Positions 39,304-48,026 of a stretch of DNA of 64,000 bases are shown piece after piece (the first letter of the stretch is position 1; every line of letters starts with the position of its first letter). A program made the translations under genes and the position numbers. Below the pieces are notes generated by a model that saw only the letters and a list, made by a program, of their open reading frames with translations, was not told where the DNA came from and searched no databases. This stretch comes from Candidatus Woesearchaeota archaeon (GTDB lineage Archaea > Nanobdellota > Nanobdellia > Woesearchaeales > JABMPP01), in NCBI GenBank assembly GCA_018303405.1, contig JAGVYD010000011.1, positions 15,257 through 79,256 of the forward strand, given 5' to 3'.

Positions 39304-39434
39304 TTTCCTGGCGTTTCAAGAAAGCCGGGTGATATATAAAGATTTCCATTTGTATGATGATGTATGATAATGGAAAGGTATTTAAAGAAGTATCATATTT
39401 CGTGTGATATTTTGCATAGTGCCTGGAATTTAAA

Positions 39435-40409
39435 ATGGACAGAAATCTCGCGCTGGAATTTGTAAGGGTGACTGAGGAGGCTGCAATAGCCGCAGCAAGG
39501 TGGGTCGGCAAGGGCGACAAGCATTCTGCAGACCAGGCAGCGGTCAACCTGATGAGAAAAAGGTTTGATGGCATTGACATCTCGGGCAAGGTGGTCATTG
39601 GCGAAGGGGAAAGGGACGAGGCGCCTATGCTTTTTATCGGGGAGAAAGTCGGCACGGGAAATGGCCCCGGATTTGACATTGCCGTTGACCCGCTTGAATG
39701 CACGAACAGCGTTGCGTACGGAAGGCCGAATGCGATTTCAGTCCTGGCCGCAGCGCCGTCTGGAAACCTTCTTGGCGCGCCTGACACCTACATGAACAAG
39801 ATCGCAGTCGGGCCGCTGGCTGCGGGGAAAGTTGACCTGGATGCAAGGCCGTCAGAAAATATACAGGCGGTTGCCGATGCTCTTGGAAAAGATGCTGATG
39901 AGGTGACAGTTGTTGTACTGGACCGCGAAAGGCATGAAAAATTAATCAAGGACATACGCGAGACAGGGGCAAGGATTATCCTGATCCCAGATGGGGACAT
40001 CAGCGGGGCAATAGCGCCGAGCCTTGAAACGAACAATGCTGACCTTCTGCTTGGCACAGGAGCCGCGCCTGAAGGCGTGATTGCAGCTGCAGCAATAAAA
40101 TGCCTTGGCGGGGAAATCCAGGGGCGGCTTTCCTTCAGGAACGAGGATGAAAAGAGGCGCGCAAAGGAAATGGGCATCAAGGACCTGGAAAAAAAGTATT
40201 CAACAAATGAGCTGGTAAGGGGCGACAATGTCATATTTTCAGCAACGGGCATCTTATCCGGGCTGCTGCTGGACGGGGTTCAATTCACGAGCACCGGAGT
40301 CATAACGCATAGCCTTGTCACGCGCTCCAAGTCCGGGACCATAAGATTCATTAAGGCAAACCACAGGATGGACCACAAGGAGCACAAGAAAATAGCAATG
40401 CCCAGGTAA
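39435..40409 (+). CDS. glpX: Fructose-1,6-bisphosphatase class II (GlpX-type)
   Basis: 324 aa. N-terminal LALEFVRVTEEAAIAAARWVGKGDK and downstream metal-binding blocks match GlpX. Confidence 0.75.
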   Translation: MDRNLALEFVRVTEEAAIAAARWVGKGDKHSADQAAVNLMRKRFDGIDISGKVVIGEGERDEAPMLFIGEKVGTGNGPGFDIAVDPLECTNSVAYGRPNAISVLAAAPSGNLLGAPDTYMNKIAVGPLAAGKVDLDARPSENIQAVADALGKDADEVTVVVLDRERHEKLIKDIRETGARIILIPDGDISGAIAPSLETNNADLLLGTGAAPEGVIAAAAIKCLGGEIQGRLSFRNEDEKRRAKEMGIKDLEKKYSTNELVRGDNVIFSATGILSGLLLDGVQFTSTGVITHSLVTRSKSGTIRFIKANHRMDHKEHKKIAMPR

Positions 40410-40442
40410 AATTATTATACTCCCTCAAAAACTTATTGTCAG

Positions 40443-41414
40443 GTGATGATAATGGAGAAACCTACACTTGCAAGAAACGAAATAAATGTGCCAGCTGATG
40501 TTCCGGCAAAAAGCAAAAAGACATATGTGGACAATTATTATAATGCGACGCACGGCACCGGAAGGCTGATGCTGTTTGCGGGCGACCAAAAAATCGAGCA
40601 CCTGAATGATGATTTCTACGGTACAGCCGATACTGGCCAGATTCCCCCGGACGACGCGGACCCAGAGCACCTTTTCAGGATAGCATCCAGGGCCACAATA
40701 GGGATCTTTGCAAGCCAGCTCGGCCTGATTGCAAAATACGGCCCGGAATACAAGGACATCAATTACATTGTCAAGCTCAATTCAAAATCACATATGGTGA
40801 AAACTGACCAGAAGGACCCAAGAAGCATGTCAATGTGGACTGTGCAGGATGCGGTTGACCTAAGGGAAAATGCCGGGCTGAAAATTGTCGGCATTGGCTA
40901 CACCATCTACCTGGGCAGCGAATATGAAGGCGAAATGCTCAGGGAGGCAGCGCAGGCAATCAAGGCTGCGCATGAAAACGGCATGTTCTCAGTCATATGG
41001 ATGTACCCGCGCGGCAAGGCCGTGAAGGATGAAAAGGACCCGCACCTTATTGCAGGTGCAACAGGAGTGGCTGCATGCATTGGCGCTGATTTTGTCAAGG
41101 TCAATCCTCCAAAAAAAGATGGTGCTGATTCTGCGGAGCTGCTAAAGGAGGCAACACTTTCAGCAGGAAACAGGACAAGGGTTATCTGTGCAGGCGGAAG
41201 CAGCGTTGACCCCACCAAATTCCTGGAAACACTTCACAGGCAGATACATATAGGCGGCGTTATGGGCAATGCAACCGGCCGGAACATCCACCAAAAGCCC
41301 TTACTGGAGGCAATCCGGCTTTGCAATGCAATCTCGTCAATAACCCTTGGCAATTTCACAGTGGAAAAAGCAATCCAAGTTTATGAAGGCAAGGAAAAAT
41401 TCGCAATTAAATAG
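40443..41414 (+). CDS. Class I fructose-bisphosphate aldolase, DhnA/FbaB type
   Basis: 323 aa. Blocks LGSEYEGEMLREAAQAIKAAHENGMFSVIWMYPRG and IGADFVKVNPP parallel E. coli FbaB (DhnA), including the Schiff-base lysine region. Confidence 0.7.
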   Translation: MMIMEKPTLARNEINVPADVPAKSKKTYVDNYYNATHGTGRLMLFAGDQKIEHLNDDFYGTADTGQIPPDDADPEHLFRIASRATIGIFASQLGLIAKYGPEYKDINYIVKLNSKSHMVKTDQKDPRSMSMWTVQDAVDLRENAGLKIVGIGYTIYLGSEYEGEMLREAAQAIKAAHENGMFSVIWMYPRGKAVKDEKDPHLIAGATGVAACIGADFVKVNPPKKDGADSAELLKEATLSAGNRTRVICAGGSSVDPTKFLETLHRQIHIGGVMGNATGRNIHQKPLLEAIRLCNAISSITLGNFTVEKAIQVYEGKEKFAIK

Positions 41415-41477
41415 CACAACAAGTGCAACACTGCAGCGCGCAACACTGCAGCGAAAAATTCCAAACCTAGCCTGGCC

Positions 41478-42629
41478 ATGCCGGGATTTCTTTTTAACCA
41501 TGAGGGCACAATGAGAATCGGCGTAATAAAGGAAATCAAGGACAATGAGAACAGGGTAGGCCTGTCTCCCGAGGGAGCAGCCAGGCTTGTTGCAGAAAAT
41601 CATGAAGTCCTTGTCCAAGGAAGCGCTGGCGAGGGAAGCGGCTTCTCCGATGAGGATTACGAAAAGGCAGGCGCCAGGATTGCCACAGCTGACGAAGCCT
41701 GGTCTTCGGACATTATTGTCAAGGTAAAGGAGCCGATGAATTCGGAATACAAATTTTTCAGGGATGGGCTTGTAATCTACACCTATTTCCATCTTGCGGG
41801 CGTTGACCATGGGCTGAGCAACCACCTGCTCGAAAAAAAAGTCACAGCTGTTGCCTATGAGACTGTTGAAGACCACAATGGAAAATTGCCGCTGCTGGCC
41901 CCAATGAGCTCAGTCGCTGGCAGGGTCGCTGTCCAGACTGCCGCATACTATCTTGCAAAATTCAACAATGGCTCAGGAAAGCTGATTGGCGGAGTCCCTG
42001 GCGTAGACCCTGCGACTGTTGTCATAATTGGAGGCGGCGTTGTTGGCTATAATGCCGCACAAATCGCCATTGGCATGGGCGCTGAAACAATCCTGCTCGA
42101 TGTCAGTGATGAAAAACTGTATCACCTGAAGCATTCACTGCAAGGCAAGCCGCACATCCTCATCTCCAACAGGCATAACATTTCAGAGGCTGTGAAAAAG
42201 GCTGACATCCTGGTTGGGGCGGTTTTGCTTGCTGGCGCAAAGGCTCCGTTCCTGGTGACCGAGGAAATGGTCAAGTCCATGCGGCCAGGCAGTGTTATTG
42301 TCGATGTCGCAATTGACCAGGGCGGGTGCATCGAGACAATGAAGCCAACAAGCCACAGCCACCCTGTTTTCATGAAGCATGGCGTCATACACTATGGCGT
42401 CACAAACATGCCTGGCGCATTTCCAAGGACTGCGACACAGGCACTGACACATGCAACCTTGCCTTATCTTCTCAAGATAGCCAAGCACGGCCTTGCGGAA
42501 ACAGCAAGGCATGACCCCGGGTTTGCAAAAGGCATAAACACTTACCGGGGCTATTTTACTTGCAAGCCTGTGGCTGAATCCCTGGGGCAAATGGACAAAT
42601 TTATGGAGCTCAAGGACTTGCTGGAATAA
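41478..42629 (+). CDS. ald: Alanine dehydrogenase
   Basis: MRIGVIKEIKDNENRVGLSPEG... and Rossmann GGGVVGYNAA match AlaDH. The true start is likely the Met at about 41511. Confidence 0.8.
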   Translation: MPGFLFNHEGTMRIGVIKEIKDNENRVGLSPEGAARLVAENHEVLVQGSAGEGSGFSDEDYEKAGARIATADEAWSSDIIVKVKEPMNSEYKFFRDGLVIYTYFHLAGVDHGLSNHLLEKKVTAVAYETVEDHNGKLPLLAPMSSVAGRVAVQTAAYYLAKFNNGSGKLIGGVPGVDPATVVIIGGGVVGYNAAQIAIGMGAETILLDVSDEKLYHLKHSLQGKPHILISNRHNISEAVKKADILVGAVLLAGAKAPFLVTEEMVKSMRPGSVIVDVAIDQGGCIETMKPTSHSHPVFMKHGVIHYGVTNMPGAFPRTATQALTHATLPYLLKIAKHGLAETARHDPGFAKGINTYRGYFTCKPVAESLGQMDKFMELKDLLE

Positions 42630-42722
42630 TCCACTCCATCCATTAATGATAAGCTCCCGAAAGAGACAAGTGAGTTAAGATATTCTAAAAGAAATAAAAT
42701 AATAAAAACATAATAAAAATAT

Positions 42723-42980
42723 TTAGCCTACAATGTCCAATTCCTGCAATGAATCGTCCAGGCCAGTGTCGTCACTAAGTTCGGGAGGCGGAGTTGATGT
42801 GTCCCCTGTCTGGTCACTTGCTGTATCTTCAGCATTGCCAGTTGTTTGTTCCTGTGCTGAGTCTGTTGCCTGTTTTGCGCAGGCGCCCATTACAAGCAAT
42901 CCCACCAATATGGCAATCAAGATTATCCTTTTCATTGTGCGCTCACCTGTGTTCTGGCCTGTTCCTTGAATGCTTCCCAT
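42723..42980 (-). CDS. Small secreted/lipoprotein-like acidic protein
   Basis: Signal peptide MKRIILIAILVGLLVMGACA, then an acidic Thr/Asp-rich low-complexity region. Overlaps the next gene by 49 nt. Confidence 0.3.
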   Translation of the reverse strand: MGSIQGTGQNTGERTMKRIILIAILVGLLVMGACAKQATDSAQEQTTGNAEDTASDQTGDTSTPPPELSDDTGLDDSLQELDIVG

Positions 42981-43687
42981 TCATCCTTGACATCCATGAT
43001 AACCTGCCTTCTTGCTGCCAAAGATGCGGCATTGTTGAACTCCAGCTTTTTCTGCTCCAAAACAGCTATGAAATCTATCACAAGATCTTCACTGACACCC
43101 ATTTCCTTGAGCCTTTCAGCCCTCTCTTCCAAATTATAGAACCTGAATTTTATCACGCCATAGGCCTTGGCCTTCAAATTGTTAAGGCATGCATCCTTTT
43201 CGCTGTCGAGCTTTTCATCGCACGACACTTTTTCTTTTTGCAGGTCTTCAGGAGCTCCCAGGTTCTGCCGCACACAGGCAACCCTGTCCCTGGTTCCCCT
43301 CAGGTCCCAGCATGACCTGACTTTCCTGTAGTCCTCAACGCAATGGCCCCTGTCATCCCCTTCCATGGCCCTGCATTCTTCAGGCAGGTAATCATTCTCA
43401 TTTTCAGCAGCAAGCCTTGTCCTGCATCTAACCCTGTCTCTCATTGTCGCTTCTTCGCTGCACATGAAACCTGCGGGGTTTGCAGAGATAAGCATGGGCT
43501 CGCCTGGGCTGTCCCCTTGGGACGATTCCATTTCACCAGTGCCTGTGGATTCTGCACCGCCTTCTGTTGTGCCAGTGCCCCTGGTTGATGCTGTTGCTGT
43601 GTCCTCTCTTGGTCCAACTGCTGCCAAAGCCGCGCCAATAATGGCAAATGTTATTAACATTATCAAGAAATAATTTTTCGCTTTCAT
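42932..43687 (-). CDS. Secreted cysteine-rich hypothetical protein
   Basis: 251 aa. Signal peptide (LIMLITFAIIGAALAAV), Gly/Thr-rich linker, then a domain with about 10 Cys. Confidence 0.4.
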   Translation of the reverse strand: MKAKNYFLIMLITFAIIGAALAAVGPREDTATASTRGTGTTEGGAESTGTGEMESSQGDSPGEPMLISANPAGFMCSEEATMRDRVRCRTRLAAENENDYLPEECRAMEGDDRGHCVEDYRKVRSCWDLRGTRDRVACVRQNLGAPEDLQKEKVSCDEKLDSEKDACLNNLKAKAYGVIKFRFYNLEERAERLKEMGVSEDLVIDFIAVLEQKKLEFNNAASLAARRQVIMDVKDEWEAFKEQARTQVSAQ

Positions 43688-43743
43688 GCATCATGTCAAT
43701 TGAGCTGTGTATAAATATTTTTCCCCATATTTTCCCCTTATAA

Positions 43744-45024
43744 TCAGGCCATTTCTCCGATAAGATAAAAGGTAGAAGCCCCAACAATCCTGACTTTAAT
43801 CCTGCTGCCCATCTTGAAACTATCATGCTTCTTGATTATGATTTGCCTGTAAGCATAATTTCTTCCCACAAGGTCATTGTTTTTCCCGATGCTGTCAACA
43901 AGAATCTCACCTTTCCATCCAATCCATCGGTTGTTGTTTTCCCGCGCAATCCTCCTGAACAGCCTTGTCAGCTCTGTTGTCCTGGCTTTCTTTTCATTGC
44001 CGTGCACCTGCCCTTCCATCCTGAAGGCAGATGTGCCATCCCTTGCAACAAATCTTGCAATATTCACAATATCCGGCCTTGTCTGGCGCACCAGTTCCAG
44101 AGTATCATTGAACTGTCCCCTCGTTTCCCCGGGAAAGCCGCATATGATGTCAGTGCTCAAGGTAATGTCCGGGATTGCTTTCCTGAATTTTTCAACCAAC
44201 TCCACATAATCCTCGACTTTGTACCTTCGCGCCATCCTCCTAAGCACGTCATTGTTTCCCGCCTGCACTGGAATGTGTATGAATTTGTACACCTTTTCAG
44301 ACTTGAAGGCTTCAACAAGCTCATCAGCGCACTTCATTACGCCGATTGGATTGGTCATGCCCACCCTGACAAAAAAATCACCGGGAATTTCAGCAATGCG
44401 GTTTATCAGCTCGGGCAAATGGCTTTTTTTGTCCCATTCAAACCCATAGTCCCCATTGTCCTGGCTCGTCAGCCAGATTTCCTTGCATCCTTCTTCAACG
44501 CTTTGCCTGGCTTCCAGCAGGATTTTTTCCAGGGGATAGGAGAAGATATTGCCTTTCACAAGCTTGGTTGAGCAGTATGTGCAGAATGAGGTGCAGCCCT
44601 GGCTTATTGGAATAATGCTGATTATGGATTTGTGCCTGATTTTTGGCAGACTCACCTTAATCTCTTTCTTCCTGTCCATTATCTCAAGGTAAGCCGGGCT
44701 TTCCACTGCCTGAGCAACATTTTTGATATTGTCAGTGTTGATTATCGATGTATCCGGGCTTATTTGCCCAATCTTCGGCACCATGGCTTTTGTGACGCAC
44801 CCGCCGACCACAATCTTCTTTCCCGGGTTATCCCTGCTCACCCTGCTTATTTCAGCCAAGGCCTTTTTTTCACCCTTGACTGTGCAGACATTTACCAGGA
44901 TCACATCTGATTCGGTTTCGCGGCTGGCTATGCTGTTTCCCGACTCTGCCAGTATGCCGGCCATTATCTCGCTTTCTGCCAGGTTTGCCGAGCATCCAAA
45001 TGTCTTGATATAGACTGATTTCAT
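43744..45024 (-). CDS. mtaB: MiaB-like tRNA methylthiotransferase (archaeal MtaB/CDKAL1 type)
   Basis: 426 aa. N-terminal MTTase domain (KTFGCSANLAESE), radical-SAM CTSFCTYC, and C-terminal TRAM domain. Confidence 0.8.
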   Translation of the reverse strand: MKSVYIKTFGCSANLAESEIMAGILAESGNSIASRETESDVILVNVCTVKGEKKALAEISRVSRDNPGKKIVVGGCVTKAMVPKIGQISPDTSIINTDNIKNVAQAVESPAYLEIMDRKKEIKVSLPKIRHKSIISIIPISQGCTSFCTYCSTKLVKGNIFSYPLEKILLEARQSVEEGCKEIWLTSQDNGDYGFEWDKKSHLPELINRIAEIPGDFFVRVGMTNPIGVMKCADELVEAFKSEKVYKFIHIPVQAGNNDVLRRMARRYKVEDYVELVEKFRKAIPDITLSTDIICGFPGETRGQFNDTLELVRQTRPDIVNIARFVARDGTSAFRMEGQVHGNEKKARTTELTRLFRRIARENNNRWIGWKGEILVDSIGKNNDLVGRNYAYRQIIIKKHDSFKMGSRIKVRIVGASTFYLIGEMA

Positions 45025-45105
45025 GCAGATGAGCCAAATCCTGCGCTATAAAAAACTTGACATAAATTTTATATATCCAGCCAACTGATTCCAGCCTAAA
45101 AGAGG

Positions 45106-46842
45106 TTGCGCATGGAACAGATTTTTCTTGAATTGGCTGTAGCCATTATCATAGCAACGCTTCTTGCAATCCTGCTATCGCTGATAAAGCAGCCGACCAT
45201 CATCAGCTATCTCATTGCCGGAATAGTGGTGGGCCCTTTCATCCTGGATTTTGTCCATGAAAGCGCAACATTGGATGCCCTGGCAGAGATAGGCATTGCA
45301 TTCCTTTTGTTTATAGTTGGCCTGAACCTGAACATGAACACGCTGCGGGAAGTGGGCACAGTCTCGCTTATCACGGGAATTGGGCAGATTTTTTTGACTA
45401 CTGCCTTTGGCTTTTTGATTTGCCATTTCCTTTTCGGATTCTCCGTCATTGTTTCCCTCTATGTGGCGCTGGCCATATCGTTCAGCTCAACAATCATCAT
45501 TGTAAAACTGCTTTCAGACAAGAAAGACCTTGACACACTGTATGGCAAGGTGGCAGTAGGATTCCTGATAGTCCAGGACATTGTGGCGATTTTTGCCCTT
45601 ATGGCAGTATCATCCCTTGGAGGGGAAGGAGCACCGGCTCAGGTGATTGTCGCAACAATATTGAAATTGGCAGGCGTTATCTTCCTGCTTTATGTCATCA
45701 GCCAATATGTCTTTCCAAAGCTTATACACTTCCTTGCCAGGACGCAGGAATTGCTGTTCCTTTTCAGCATCAGCTGGGCCTTTCTCCTCTCGCTTCTGAC
45801 TGCTGCGGCTGGATTTTCCATTGAAATCGGCGCATTGTTCGCAGGAATAACCCTCGCGAGCACCAATTTCCATCACGAAATTTCGGGAAAGATACGCAGC
45901 CTAAGGGACTTTTTTATTGTCCTTTTTTTCATTTCGCTCGGCGCAAAGCTCACATTTTCGTCCCTGGGCACAGCCATCTTCCCTGCCTTGACGCTTTCAG
46001 CATTCATTCTGGTAGGCAATCCCCTCATAGTCATGGCACTCATGGGATTTCTGGGATATAAAAAAAGGACTGGCTTCCTGGCAGGCACTGCAGTGGCCCA
46101 AATCAGCGAATTTTCCCTTATCCTCGTAGTGCTTGGGGCAAAAGTGGGGCACCTTTCCCATGACACAATATCATTTATTACACTGGTCGGCATCTTAACC
46201 TTGGCCGGCTCAACCTATTTTATCATCTATAACCACCAGATTTACAACTTCCTCAGGAAGCACCTGGGGTCCTTTGAAAAAAAGCTGGCTTTCAGGGAGG
46301 AGCAATACAAGTTCCATGACAAGGCAACCAACTACGAAGTAATACTTTTTGGCTATAACCGGATCGGCTACAGCCTTTTGAACTCGCTTCATAAGATGCA
46401 GAAAAAATACCTTATAGTTGATTTTGACCCCGACACTATCAAGGCACTGGCCAAGCAGGGAGTCAACAGCATCTATGGCGATGCATCTGACGCTGAATTC
46501 CTGGATGACCTTGGGCTGGACCGGGCCCAGCTTGTCATCTCAACCATCCCTGACATGGAAACAAACATGATTATCCTGGAAAAGGCCAAAAACCTCAATC
46601 CGAAAATAGGGGTTATTGCCACTGCACACCAGATTGACGAAGCATTAAAGCTGTATGAGTCAGGCGCAGATTACATCATCATGCCCCATTTCCTTGGCGG
46701 CCAGCATGCTTCAATGATAATTGAGCAATCGGGTGTGGATGTCGAGAACTTTGTTGAACACAAAATCAGGCACCTGAATGAGCTGCAGCAAAGAAGGGAG
46801 CAAGGCCATGAGCATCCTGCCATGCACAGCCATGGGAGATGA
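45106..46842 (+). CDS. CPA2-family cation:proton antiporter with C-terminal TrkA-N (RCK) domain
   Basis: 578 aa. About 12 TM helices (Kef-type), then a Rossmann motif (VILFGYNRIGYSL) of the RCK/TrkA-N regulatory domain. Confidence 0.8.
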   Translation: MRMEQIFLELAVAIIIATLLAILLSLIKQPTIISYLIAGIVVGPFILDFVHESATLDALAEIGIAFLLFIVGLNLNMNTLREVGTVSLITGIGQIFLTTAFGFLICHFLFGFSVIVSLYVALAISFSSTIIIVKLLSDKKDLDTLYGKVAVGFLIVQDIVAIFALMAVSSLGGEGAPAQVIVATILKLAGVIFLLYVISQYVFPKLIHFLARTQELLFLFSISWAFLLSLLTAAAGFSIEIGALFAGITLASTNFHHEISGKIRSLRDFFIVLFFISLGAKLTFSSLGTAIFPALTLSAFILVGNPLIVMALMGFLGYKKRTGFLAGTAVAQISEFSLILVVLGAKVGHLSHDTISFITLVGILTLAGSTYFIIYNHQIYNFLRKHLGSFEKKLAFREEQYKFHDKATNYEVILFGYNRIGYSLLNSLHKMQKKYLIVDFDPDTIKALAKQGVNSIYGDASDAEFLDDLGLDRAQLVISTIPDMETNMIILEKAKNLNPKIGVIATAHQIDEALKLYESGADYIIMPHFLGGQHASMIIEQSGVDVENFVEHKIRHLNELQQRREQGHEHPAMHSHGR

Positions 46843-47982
46843 TTGGATACCCAAGCAAGCGCAAATTTTATATTGTTGGCAAAACAAGGTTTCTGGATGC
46901 TTTATATTGAAAAAAAATTCGAGTACGAGTTTGGGAAACGAAAACTGCTCATAACCTTTGACAGTGGCATGTACGGATTCATCTCCGGCATTATTGAACC
47001 AACCAACTTTCTTGAGTTCCTTCACGCTGCCTGGAGGAAATGCAAAGCTGCTGGCATGTTCCCCGCAATGGAATTTATGATAAGACGGAAAAGAAAAACG
47101 TTTATTGGCCGCGGCTCAAAAGCCGACATGAAGCCCAGTGAAACGTTCCGCGGAATTTACAGGATTTACCTTTACCCTGAGTCCATTTTTCCACTTGAGC
47201 AAAATCCAGGATTTGCATGGGCAGTTTCAAGCACACTCAACAAGTTGAGCCGATTCAAGGCCATTGGCGCATTGCTAAGGAAAACAGTGGAGCATGAAAT
47301 TGCGCATGTGAAGCATTATGCGACGGGCAAGGCCGTGAGGGCAAGAATTCTTGTGCTGGACCGGCAACGGGAAAAAATGAACAAATTCCACGAGCATCTA
47401 AATCAGCTTGCTTACAGTGGCACGGGGATATCTTGGAAGCAATCTGGATTGGCTGATGAATTCATATCCTTGAGGATGGATTTGTTTTTCTTCATTGAAA
47501 ATTTTCAAGCCGAGGGCATTGCCATGTATGCAGAGCTCTGCGTTGAAAAAAGCTCATTTGACATGTACTCAGAAGTGAAAAAGACATATCGCAAAGGCAA
47601 AAGATACGTTAAGTCCCTGAAGCTTCGCTTTGAGCCAACCAGTTCCCTTACAGAAGACAGGAAATTCATTCAGGAAATCAAGGAAGGCAGGTCAAGGAGC
47701 GCCCCCTACAGAATAGGCCTGCACATGGTTCTGGCAGTCATGCAGCATTTCCGCCTGGACATCGACAGAATAATGCAGCTTTCACCAATTGCATTCATAA
47801 AACACTATGAAACTGCTGCCATGGCATTGGATTTGAAGCCATTGGTCAGCGTCAATGGCGGGGCCGGGATTTTTGATTATGCAGAGACTCTCAGGAAAAT
47901 CATGAAATATTACAAGTCACAGGGCCTGGATGATGTTTATGAGGTATACAGGAAATGGAAACTGGATGACGGATTATCCTGA
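46843..47982 (+). CDS. Hypothetical protein with HExxH motif (possible Zn-dependent peptidase)
   Basis: 379 aa containing VEHEIAHVKHY, an HExxH signature. No other recognisable features. Confidence 0.3.
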   Translation: MDTQASANFILLAKQGFWMLYIEKKFEYEFGKRKLLITFDSGMYGFISGIIEPTNFLEFLHAAWRKCKAAGMFPAMEFMIRRKRKTFIGRGSKADMKPSETFRGIYRIYLYPESIFPLEQNPGFAWAVSSTLNKLSRFKAIGALLRKTVEHEIAHVKHYATGKAVRARILVLDRQREKMNKFHEHLNQLAYSGTGISWKQSGLADEFISLRMDLFFFIENFQAEGIAMYAELCVEKSSFDMYSEVKKTYRKGKRYVKSLKLRFEPTSSLTEDRKFIQEIKEGRSRSAPYRIGLHMVLAVMQHFRLDIDRIMQLSPIAFIKHYETAAMALDLKPLVSVNGGAGIFDYAETLRKIMKYYKSQGLDDVYEVYRKWKLDDGLS

Positions 47983-48026
47983 CTCCTTGCTAAATCTTTT
48001 TAATGCCATAACAGATTCACCTTATC

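Noticed and set aside
39239-40252. Long antisense ORFs (182 aa, 154 aa) overlapping glpX
   Set aside because: Ala/Ser/Pro-rich shadow frames opposite a well-supported GlpX gene in GC-rich codon context.
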